A DNA stretch of 40,261 bases from Gemmatimonadales bacterium (GTDB taxonomy: Bacteria; Gemmatimonadota; Gemmatimonadetes; Palauibacterales; KS3-K002): assembly GCA_050053635.1 (NCBI GenBank), contig JASFTI010000002.1, positions 1-40,261 of the forward strand. The letters run 5' to 3'. This document shows positions 25,184 through 31,853 of this stretch, one piece after another. The notes beneath the pieces were generated by a model that worked only from the letters and a program-made list of their open reading frames with translations, was not told where the DNA came from and made no database searches. Position 1 is the stretch's first letter, and each line of letters begins with the position of its first letter. A program made the position numbers and the translations under genes.

Positions 25184-26625
25184 GTCAGATCCTCCTTGCG
25201 TCCGACGTCTACTGTGATAGCGTCGCCGCTGCCCCGACGACGAGGGGATTGAGACGCGCTGGCCGTCACTGACGGCCCAAGAAAGGACTCGCTGCCGCGG
25301 GTCCTTTCGCGTTCCAGGTCACGGCCGATCGCGACGAATCGGGGCAGCAGACCGGACGATCGTCGCCGCGGTAGACGCTGCTCTCGCGGTCGCGGATCGA
25401 GTGCGTCGAGCCCCCTGCGCCGCAGAATCTCTTGAGCGGCATCGAGCAGCGCAGGTAGCCGTGTGCGTGCGTGCGTGCGTGCGACCTCGGTGTAGTAGCC
25501 ATCGCTCGAGGTGCACGACCCGCCGCCGCGGTAGAGTTCCTCCACGTCCTCGCGGCGGTAGTCCGTGCACCGCTCTCGCCCCCAGCGGGCGACGGTCTCG
25601 CACGCTATCATCACGCCCTCGGTGACAAGGCGCCCGAGGAGCGCCGGCGTCACGCCGAGGATGACGTGAAGCCAGAAGCGCGCCGGCACGCGTCGATCTT
25701 GGAGGACATCTCGCTCATGCTCGATCCGCGGCCAAGCGAGGCGCAACGTGACCTCGACGTCACGCCACCAAGCATCGGGCTCGCGGATCGGCTCGCAGTC
25801 GACTACCGGCGACGCGTAGAGCGGCCCGACGGGGGCGGCGATTGGCGCCTCGTGGTCGTCGCGGCGGACCTCCCAGAGCGGAGAGCGAAGGCCGGGCCAG
25901 TGGTGTAGCCCGACTTCGGGGAGTCCGAGCCAGCCAATCACGGCGCGGCGCTGCGCGTGCGACGGAAGCGAGAGCAGCCGCCGGGCCGTCTTCTGAGAGA
26001 CGATTCCCTGTCTTTCGGGGACTTGACTCACGCGTCCGAGGCCGATCGCGCGAAGCACGCGGCAGGCGCGGCGGACACCGAGCCGGGCAGCGAGCCGCCC
26101 CGCCTGCGGATGGCCGGCGTACTCCACCGGGACGCCCCGGCGATGCGCCCAGTAGACGTCACGGGGCTCGCTGTTGTACGGCGATCCCACGCGGTCTGGA
26201 CGCGGCTGGCTCGCATGCCAGTAGGCGAGCCACTCGTCGACGGGGCCCTGGCGTCGAAGATGCCCGGTCGCCGCGTCGAAGGCGGCGCTCAGACCCTGCT
26301 CCGAGGACCACGCGAGGGTCTCGGGCAGAGATCCCTCCGCCCATTCGATCGCCCGGTGCTGCCCGGCCGCGACCTCGAGGAGCTCGCGGCGCTCGAGGGC
26401 GAGGTCCGGACGCAGCCTTTGGACCGCCCGGGCATACCGCGGAGCCACGCGAGTCTCATGCCCCCTGGCATGGCCAGGGCTACGCCGTGACGCCCACCGG
26501 CAGACGTCGCCGGCGCGCCGGGACGCGGCGACGACATGCAGCGAGTAGCTCCACTGCCACTCGCCGAAGGCGTCATTCCATTCGACGATGCCCCCTGCCG
26601 GCGGGCCCCAGCGCATCGTCGACAT
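25180..26625 (-). CDS. 481-aa orphan protein with Trp/Arg-rich sequence and HTH-like central segments
   Basis: ATG at 26625 with SD GGAGGAGG 5 nt upstream. Codons are strongly G/C-ending throughout, read by hand. HTH-like LAARLGVRRACRVLRA and ParB-like RRLLSLPSHAQRRAV. I recognised no catalytic family. Confidence 0.55.
   Translation of the reverse strand: MSTMRWGPPAGGIVEWNDAFGEWQWSYSLHVVAASRRAGDVCRWASRRSPGHARGHETRVAPRYARAVQRLRPDLALERRELLEVAAGQHRAIEWAEGSLPETLAWSSEQGLSAAFDAATGHLRRQGPVDEWLAYWHASQPRPDRVGSPYNSEPRDVYWAHRRGVPVEYAGHPQAGRLAARLGVRRACRVLRAIGLGRVSQVPERQGIVSQKTARRLLSLPSHAQRRAVIGWLGLPEVGLHHWPGLRSPLWEVRRDDHEAPIAAPVGPLYASPVVDCEPIREPDAWWRDVEVTLRLAWPRIEHERDVLQDRRVPARFWLHVILGVTPALLGRLVTEGVMIACETVARWGRERCTDYRREDVEELYRGGGSCTSSDGYYTEVARTHARTRLPALLDAAQEILRRRGLDALDPRPREQRLPRRRSSGLLPRFVAIGRDLERERTRGSESFLGPSVTASASQSPRRRGSGDAITVDVGRKEDLT
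25463..25482. repeat. Tetranucleotide microsatellite (GTGC)x5 inside the 481-aa gene
   Basis: Read directly from the sequence. Encodes ARTHARTR on the minus strand. Confidence 0.9.
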
Positions 26626-26732
26626 CGTTTCCTCCTCCTGCCCCGTCCCCTGGGGCGTCCCGCATCCTCGCAGCGGGAGGGCTCCGCCACCGTGGCGGAG
26701 TGCCGGGGCCTCTCGGCGGCCCCGTTGCCGTG
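26626..26732 (-). repeat. Structured intergenic element, copy 1
   Basis: Fills the whole gap between the stop at 26733 and the ATG at 26625. Its 32-nt core at 26679-26710 is identical to 26970-27001. Hairpin arms CTCCGCCA (26682-26689) and TGGCGGAG (26693-26700). Confidence 0.85.
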
Positions 26733-26918
26733 CTAGTCCTCGTCGTCGTCGTCGGCCGCATCTGCCTCTCGGGCGACGAGGTCCCAATGGGACCTCGTCT
26801 CCGCCCACGTATTGACCACAGCCACTCGTCGTGGACCTCCTGGCCTCGCGGCCTCGCAGTAGTACCCCCATTTTCCGTCATCCTCTCGGTACCAACCATT
26901 GACCGTGATCGCTTCCAC
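26733..26918 (-). CDS. Small hypothetical protein (61 aa, acidic D-rich tail)
   Basis: GTG at 26918, 5 nt after a GGAGG core. Ends in DAADDDDED. Flanked on both sides by the duplicated element. Confidence 0.4.
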   Translation of the reverse strand: MEAITVNGWYREDDGKWGYYCEAARPGGPRRVAVVNTWAETRSHWDLVAREADAADDDDED

Positions 26919-27022
26919 CACGTCCTCCTCAGCCCATCCCCAGGGCCGCGCCCCATCCTCGCAGGGGCCGGGCTCCGCCACCGTGGCGGAGTGCCGGGGC
27001 CTTGGCGGCGGCCCCGTTGCCG
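26919..27022 (-). repeat. Structured intergenic element, copy 2
   Basis: Fills the gap between the stop at 27023 and the GTG at 26918. Core at 26970-27001. Hairpin arms at 26973-26980 and 26984-26991. Confidence 0.85.
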
Positions 27023-27229
27023 TCAGCGCGGGCGCCTGTCCTGGACCACGACGCGCCCGCCGTTGCCGAACCGGCGGCGGTCGCGGACCGCCGGGTGGTG
27101 CTGCAGCCACCTGGCATGCTCCCGGGCCGCTGCCCGGGAGCAGAAAGTGCGATCCAGGACGCCGTCGAGCTCGACGGCCCAGTTGTGGTTGCTGCTCGTC
27201 TGACTGCTCTTCTCGTAGGGATTCTCCAT
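27023..27229 (-). CDS. Small basic hypothetical protein (68 aa)
   Basis: SD AGGAGGA 6 nt before the ATG at 27229. The segment NWAVELDG...F.SRAAAREHARWL loosely recalls DUF2188-type small proteins. Confidence 0.45.
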   Translation of the reverse strand: MENPYEKSSQTSSNHNWAVELDGVLDRTFCSRAAAREHARWLQHHPAVRDRRRFGNGGRVVVQDRRPR

Positions 27230-27288
27230 CTCTCGTCCTCCTGCGGCTCCCTGCCGCGTCTGGTCCTACTAGGTGCAGGAGCCGTGCC

Positions 27289-27308
27289 AAAAGCGCACCG
27301 CGGTGCGC
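27289..27308 (-). terminator. Candidate intrinsic terminator (GC hairpin plus T4) and/or operator palindrome
   Basis: Perfect 16-bp palindrome GCGCACCGCGGTGCGC at 27293-27308. On the minus strand it is followed by TTTT (27292-27289). Lies downstream of the XRE gene and just upstream of a TTGGCA -35-like hexamer (27290-27285). Confidence 0.4.
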
Positions 27309-27380
27309 GTTCCTGTGGACTAGTGATCTCGGGGACTTACGGAACCCCCTCGAGGAGGCTCGGACTCCCGCCGCGCGCAA

Positions 27381-27487
27381 GGTGCGCACCGAGGTACGCA
27401 CTAGGTCTCGACCGCCTGGATCAAGGCTCCGAACGGTGCGCACTTTGGTTCGCACCTTGTGCGTACCCGGGTACGCACCTTCGCACC
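27381..27487. promoter_or_regulatory. Cluster of GGTGCGCAC(C)-type operator-like sites
   Basis: 10-bp palindrome GGTGCGCACC at 27381-27390. Then GGTACGCAC at 27393-27401, GGTGCGCAC at 27435-27443 and GGTTCGCACC at 27447-27456. Perfect 20-bp palindrome GTGCGTACCCGGGTACGCAC at 27459-27478. TTCGCACC at 27480-27487. Confidence 0.55.
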
Positions 27488-27720
27488 GTTGGAACGTCGA
27501 CGTACTCGTACCCGATCGCCTCGGGCCTGCAGCCGAGCGCGATGCAGAGCTGGGTGAGCTCGTCGTCCGTCGGCAGCGGGTCAGCCCGGTGATGCGGCAT
27601 CCGCCGGCCGGTCTCGAGCCGCTGGTAGCGAGTGAGCGAGACCCCGATGAGCTTGGCCAGCTCGGCCTGGGTGAGCCTCGCCCGCTTGCGGGCGGCCCGG
27701 AGCTGCTGGTTGATGCTCAC
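27421..27720 (-). CDS. XRE-family HTH transcriptional regulator
   Basis: The sequence INQQLRAARKRARLTQAELAKLIGVSLTRYQRLETGRR is a classic XRE HTH. GTGA overlap start, with a GGAGGAGGAGGAG tract upstream. Confidence 0.7.
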   Translation of the reverse strand: MSINQQLRAARKRARLTQAELAKLIGVSLTRYQRLETGRRMPHHRADPLPTDDELTQLCIALGCRPEAIGYEYVDVPTVRRCVPGYAQGANQSAHRSEP

Positions 27721-27968
27721 CGCTCCTCCTCCTCCGCTCGGAGCACCTGCCGGACGGTGCGGTCCTGTCCGAGCCCGTACGGCACGCGGTCTCCCCAGTC
27801 GGCGGCCAGCTCCTCGTGGCGGTCGAGGTCCTCGTGGTCGAGGACCATCTGATAGACCTTGCCCGTCCGTTTCAGCTCCTCGCGGGCCCACCGGAGCACG
27901 TCTGCCTCGACGTCGGTCGAGACGCAGACGAGCTCGACGACGACTTCGACGAGAGTGAGTTCTGCCAT
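27717..27968 (-). CDS. Small acidic hypothetical protein (83 aa)
   Basis: ATG at 27968 in an ATGA overlap with the upstream gene. The stop overlaps the XRE start. Confidence 0.4.
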   Translation of the reverse strand: MAELTLVEVVVELVCVSTDVEADVLRWAREELKRTGKVYQMVLDHEDLDRHEELAADWGDRVPYGLGQDRTVRQVLRAEEEER

Positions 27969-28177
27969 CACAGCCCCTTCTGCTCGGCGATCCACTCGGA
28001 GATGATGATCTGCCCTTCCTCGCCCCGTTCTGACTGGCTACAGATCTCGGAGTCATCATGGATCTGCGAGTACGGGATCCAGTACTCCTCCTCGTCGATC
28101 TCGACCAGCACGGCCGCCTTCCCCTGGGCGATCACCCGCGCATCGAAGTTCAGGGTCTCGTCGTCGCGTACCATCAC
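27968..28177 (-). CDS. Small acidic hypothetical protein (69 aa)
   Basis: Start overlaps the upstream stop codon. The pattern KAAVLVEIDEEEYWIPYSQI...IIISEWIAEQKGL recurs in small phage early proteins. Confidence 0.4.
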   Translation of the reverse strand: MMVRDDETLNFDARVIAQGKAAVLVEIDEEEYWIPYSQIHDDSEICSQSERGEEGQIIISEWIAEQKGL

Positions 28178-28707
28178 AGCCCCCAGTCGACGCGCTCGGA
28201 CACGCGCTGCTCGAGCTCCGCCCCCGGCACCTCGATGCCGGCCTTCAGCGCCCTCTTGATCTCTGCCTTCGCGGGCTCACGCTTGACCCGCCAGTACGCC
28301 TCCGGCAGCGCTCCCTGATCCCTCACGAGCACCGCCTCCGAGCGCCGCTGGCGGAGTCGGATCCGAGTCCCGTCCTGGCACTCGACCTCCGCTGCCCCGG
28401 TCGCGTCCCGGGCTGCGAGGAGCAACATGCCGACCATGCCTTCCATGCGCTCGGCGAGCTTCGTCTCGCGTTTGGCGCGCGTCGCGAACGCCTCAGCCGC
28501 GGCTTCGAGCACCATCGTCCGGCCTCGCGCGGCCCGGTGGACGGCGCGGTAAGCCGCCGCCTTGTCGCCGCTCTCGATGGCCCAGGCGTCGACTCGATCG
28601 GCCCAGTCGTTGGCGCCGGCCTCGTCGGCGGCGTCAAGGGCCTGCCAGCAGGAGGCGATCTCCTGCGCCTCCTCCCAGAGCTCGTACCCGGTCTTGCGGT
28701 CGGTCAT
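28174..28707 (-). CDS. Siphovirus Gp157-like protein
   Basis: 177 aa. C-terminus KAEIKRALKAGIEVPGAELEQR matches the Gp157-family pattern as I recall it. ATGA overlap start. Confidence 0.45.
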   Translation of the reverse strand: MTDRKTGYELWEEAQEIASCWQALDAADEAGANDWADRVDAWAIESGDKAAAYRAVHRAARGRTMVLEAAAEAFATRAKRETKLAERMEGMVGMLLLAARDATGAAEVECQDGTRIRLRQRRSEAVLVRDQGALPEAYWRVKREPAKAEIKRALKAGIEVPGAELEQRVSERVDWGL

Positions 28708-28871
28708 CTCTGGCTCTCCTCGTTCTCCGCGCGGTCGCGATTCCGGGGCAGATCCGGCACCTGCTTTCGCCGGCGGCGGTAGTACCGCCGGACGGCGCTG
28801 GCTACGCCTCGACGTCCGGTTGCCTGCCGTGCCGTCTGGATCTTCTGGGCCTGGTCTTCGGTCTTGATCAT
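28704..28871 (-). CDS. Small basic hypothetical protein (55 aa)
   Basis: ATG at 28871 with SD AGGAGG 6 nt upstream. The stop overlaps the next start. Confidence 0.3.
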   Translation of the reverse strand: MIKTEDQAQKIQTARQATGRRGVASAVRRYYRRRRKQVPDLPRNRDRAENEESQR

Positions 28872-28884
28872 GTCAGCCTCCTGC

Positions 28885-29514
28885 TCAGAACGGGACGTCG
28901 TCATCCTGCCACTGCGTCGCGGGCATGGGCGCCGCCGCCGGGTGGTCCGGGGGCGGCCCCCAAGTCTGCTGCTGCTGGGGGGACTGCTGCTGCTGGTGCT
29001 GCTGCGGGGACCCCCAGTTCTGCGGCTGCTGTTGCCGCGGGGGCTGCTGCGACCGCGGGGGCGTCAGGGCGGTCTGCTGCGGGAGCGCCGGCTGCTTGAT
29101 GGCCCGGACCCGCCTGACGATGTTCCTGGGTCCGTACTCCGGGTCCTCCTCGATGCCGAGGCAGATCTCCACGAGGCGGCCGTGGAAGCGCTCGGTGGAG
29201 TCGATCATCCCCAAGCCCATCGCGTCCGTGAGCTGCCAGAGCTCCCGGCGACCGATCGCGACGCATTGCTCGCTCGTCGGGTGCCCGACGTTGATCCACT
29301 GCCAGATGGTGCGGCCCTGGGGCTGCACCGTCCACGTGAGCTGGATGCCGCTCCCGCCGGCCTTCGTGGACCTGACCTCGCTATCAGTCACCGTCGCCCG
29401 GTACCAGCCGGGCGGCAGGGCCTGGTAGCTCGGCTGCCGGTCCTGTTCTGGGACCGAGGCGGGGTCGAAGCGGAAGGCCCTGTTGGGGCCAGTGGCGCGG
29501 GGTCCGTAGCTCAT
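28885..29514 (-). CDS. Single-stranded DNA-binding protein (DUF669-like core, Q/P-rich linker, acidic DDDVPF tip)
   Basis: C-terminal ...WQDDDVPF mirrors the bacterial SSB tip DDDIPF. Q/P-rich disordered linker. Immediately downstream of a Sak4-like ATPase. Confidence 0.7.
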   Translation of the reverse strand: MSYGPRATGPNRAFRFDPASVPEQDRQPSYQALPPGWYRATVTDSEVRSTKAGGSGIQLTWTVQPQGRTIWQWINVGHPTSEQCVAIGRRELWQLTDAMGLGMIDSTERFHGRLVEICLGIEEDPEYGPRNIVRRVRAIKQPALPQQTALTPPRSQQPPRQQQPQNWGSPQQHQQQQSPQQQQTWGPPPDHPAAAPMPATQWQDDDVPF

Positions 29515-30224
29515 GATGCTCCTCCGATGATCTGCTGGTGGATGCGGGCGAGGTCGGGCGGCTCGTAGATCGCGAGCCTGCCGGATCGATCTTTGGCCTC
29601 GTACGTGCCATCCGAGGTGGTCTGGAGGTACCTCGTCACGACGGGCCGGCCGTCGGCGTCGGGCTCGCCGAGCTCGGCGCGCAGGGCCAGCACCTCGTCG
29701 AGGAGATAGGGGACGGCCTGGCCCAGCTTACGGCCGGGCAGCGAGGGGACGTAGACGAGCCGCCCTTGGTCGTCCTGGATCCGCTCCTGCTTCGCCGTCA
29801 TCACGACGTGGAGCGGCAAGTCGCGGAACGCGCGCACGAGCGCGATCATCGTCTCGCCCATGTCGCCGTAGGCTTTGAGGCCATCGCGCTTGCCCTGCTT
29901 CGTGATGGCCGTCTGCTGAGCTGCGACGAGGCACACCTCCGCGACCTCGGAGAGCGAGTCGAGCACCACCCACTGGTATGGGTGCTCCCCCGACCGCAGG
30001 TACGCGTAGACCCGCTTGAGGTCGGCGATCGACGTGACGCAAGTCACGGCGATATCGACGTCGCGCAGGGTCAGGAGGCCCGGCTCTGCGGCGACCACGA
30101 GGGTCTGCTCGAGCGCCCCCGTGGTCCGGGCCAGGTACGTCTTCCCGGCCCCGCTGGGGCCGTAGACCAGGACGTTGAGCGAGGCCATCGAGGCGGCCTC
30201 GCTCGATCGGATGATCGGGATCAC
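29511..30224 (-). CDS. Sak4-like RecA-fold ATPase (AAA_24 type) for recombination and annealing
   Basis: Walker A VYGPSGAGKT and Walker B QWVVLDSLSE. About 237 aa. GTGA overlap start with SD GGAGGA. Confidence 0.8.
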   Translation of the reverse strand: MIPIIRSSEAASMASLNVLVYGPSGAGKTYLARTTGALEQTLVVAAEPGLLTLRDVDIAVTCVTSIADLKRVYAYLRSGEHPYQWVVLDSLSEVAEVCLVAAQQTAITKQGKRDGLKAYGDMGETMIALVRAFRDLPLHVVMTAKQERIQDDQGRLVYVPSLPGRKLGQAVPYLLDEVLALRAELGEPDADGRPVVTRYLQTTSDGTYEAKDRSGRLAIYEPPDLARIHQQIIGGAS

Positions 30225-30406
30225 GATTGGTCCTCCGCGGTCAGAGAGATCAGCAGCCCGTGGATCTCGGCCAGCTCGTCGAGCTGCCGGTCCATGAGCT
30301 GGAGGGCCGGTCCGACCTGTCCCTCGTCCAGCCGGAGCAGGACGAGGAGCAGCTCGTCTCTGACCCCGGCGACTGACCGGACTATCTCGGGGTGCTGTCC
30401 CGTCAT
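30221..30406 (-). CDS. Small hypothetical protein (61 aa)
   Basis: ATGA overlap with the upstream gene. SD GAGGAGG. Confidence 0.35.
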   Translation of the reverse strand: MTGQHPEIVRSVAGVRDELLLVLLRLDEGQVGPALQLMDRQLDELAEIHGLLISLTAEDQS

Positions 30407-30618
30407 CACGCGGCCTCCTCTCGCTTTCGCCGGTCGAGCCCGGACCATGTCGCGCCCTCCAGCCATCCGAGGGCGTACCACGGGTCCCCTTTAGCCGAGG
30501 ACCAGCCACCCTGGACGAAGCACACGAGCAAGTCCCGTGCCCGGATCTGGAGGACCCCATCGGGATCTTCGTCGACGAGCGCCTTGAGCCGCTCGATCAG
30601 TCGTTCTCGCTCTGTCAT
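30406..30618 (-). CDS. Small hypothetical protein (70 aa), first gene of the leftward early operon
   Basis: ATG at 30618 with SD GGAGG 6 nt upstream. Confidence 0.4.
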   Translation of the reverse strand: MTERERLIERLKALVDEDPDGVLQIRARDLLVCFVQGGWSSAKGDPWYALGWLEGATWSGLDRRKREEAA

Positions 30619-30667
30619 CACCGCCTCCTGTCAGTGTCTGGAGCCAGTCTCGCAGCTCTCGATGCAC

Positions 30668-30689
30668 GTGTCAAGAAAATTCTTGACAC
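30668..30689. promoter_or_regulatory. Operator palindrome GTGTCAAGAA-AA-TTCTTGACAC carrying TTGACA boxes on both strands (divergent early promoters)
   Basis: 10-bp perfect arms. TTGACA at 30683-30688 (+) and 30674-30669 (-). A+T-rich centre. Lies between the divergent genes at 30618 (-) and 30719 (+). Confidence 0.6.
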
Positions 30690-30718
30690 GCTCGGGAGGC
30701 CCTGGCAGGGTAGGGAGC

Positions 30719-30946
30719 ATGGAACGACGGAACCTCAGCGAGCTCGTCGACGCCCACGGCCTGGAGGCCGTTGCCCGGGCGATCGGCAGGACTCCGGCCT
30801 ACGTCCGCCAGGTCGTAGCCGGCCACCACCCGGTCTCAGGGCCCCTGATCGGGGCGCTGATCCGGGCCTACGGCTCGGAGTTCGACGACCGCGCCGCCTG
30901 GCGCGAGAGGTGGGGCCCCGAGGAGGCCGAGGAGGCCAGCAGGTGA
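30719..30946 (+). CDS. Cro-like HTH regulator (75 aa)
   Basis: HTH-like LEAVARAIGRTPAYVRQVVAG. First gene of the rightward operon. No usable SD spacing. Confidence 0.5.
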   Translation: MERRNLSELVDAHGLEAVARAIGRTPAYVRQVVAGHHPVSGPLIGALIRAYGSEFDDRAAWRERWGPEEAEEASR

Positions 30947-31134
30947 CCCTGCTCCGCTACACCACCGAGCTCGAAGAGTACGGCGTGACTGGGCTACGTC
31001 TCGTCCGCTACGCCGGTGATTGGTACGCGAGCTCGGGGCCGGTACCTGTACAGGTGGTCGGTGAGACGATGCTCGAGGCGCTCGAGGCGCTGCTCGAGGA
31101 GCACCGGGCTCGCCACGAGGAGGGGGCGCGGTGA
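30943..31134 (+). CDS. Small hypothetical protein (63 aa)
   Basis: GTGA overlaps at both ends. Confidence 0.3.
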   Translation: MTLLRYTTELEEYGVTGLRLVRYAGDWYASSGPVPVQVVGETMLEALEALLEEHRARHEEGAR

Positions 31135-31853
31135 CGATCGATCTCCGCTGCGGCCCCTGGCAGAAGGCGCTCGCCGACGTCGAGCAGGTGGACGCGGTCA
31201 TCTGCGACCCGCCCTACAGTGAGCGGACGCACTCGGGCCACGAGGAACTACTCCCCGGCGGTCGCCGGGGCCTTCGGTACCGACCCTGGAACATCGGCAC
31301 CGCGCGGAGCTTCGCGATTCGGTGGGGCAAGCGCTGTCGGGGCTGGGTCTGCATCCTCACGGATCACGTGCTCGCGCTGGCCTTCGCTGACGGACTCGAG
31401 GACCTCGGGCGTTACGTCTTCGCCCCGCTCCCCTTGGTCATCCGCGGTAGCCGCGTCAGGCTCGCCGGAGACGGCCCCTCGAGCTGGACGGTGTGGCTCG
31501 TCGTCGCTCGCCCCCGGACGCTGGAGTACGCTCGTTGGGGCACGCTCCCTGGAGCCTACGTCGGACCTCCCGAGCGTGCCATGACGGTCGCCGGCGGCAA
31601 GACGCTCTGGCTCATGCGCGCCCTGGTCCGCGACTACTCGCGTCCCGGCGACCTCGTCTGCGACCCCTGCGCCGGCGGGGCGACCACGCTGCTCGCGGCG
31701 GCGATCGAGGGCCGTCGAGCCATTGGTGCGGAGCGGGACCCCGAGACGTACAGGCTCGCTCAGGAGCGGCTGGCCGCGGGCTGGACGCCGGCGCTGCTGC
31801 CGTCGGGGCCTGAGCCTCGGGCGGAGCAGCTCGACTGGACGGAGGAGCCGTGA
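31131..31853 (+). CDS. DNA methyltransferase, N6-adenine/N4-cytosine class (beta-type motif order)
   Basis: The DPPY motif (VICDPPYS) is N-terminal. The AdoMet motif VCDPCAGGATT is C-terminal. 240 aa. No cognate endonuclease nearby. Confidence 0.85.
   Translation: MTIDLRCGPWQKALADVEQVDAVICDPPYSERTHSGHEELLPGGRRGLRYRPWNIGTARSFAIRWGKRCRGWVCILTDHVLALAFADGLEDLGRYVFAPLPLVIRGSRVRLAGDGPSSWTVWLVVARPRTLEYARWGTLPGAYVGPPERAMTVAGGKTLWLMRALVRDYSRPGDLVCDPCAGGATTLLAAAIEGRRAIGAERDPETYRLAQERLAAGWTPALLPSGPEPRAEQLDWTEEP

Noticed and set aside
25842-27203. 453-aa plus-strand ORF across the orphan-gene region
   Set aside because: Extremely Arg/Pro/Gly-rich. It runs straight through the duplicated intergenic elements. 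The minus-strand genes have SD sites, start-stop coupling and G/C-ending codons.
28864-30494. Plus-strand ORFs of 234 and 318 aa opposite the SSB and Sak4-like genes
   Set aside because: Antisense to genes with clear motifs (Walker A/B, DDDVPF tip). Leu/Arg/Pro-rich composition.
30646-30651. A -10 element for the leftward early promoter, 17 nt from the minus-strand TTGACA
   Set aside because: The hexamer reads GAGACT or AGACTG, too weak to call. Only the -35/dyad is reported.
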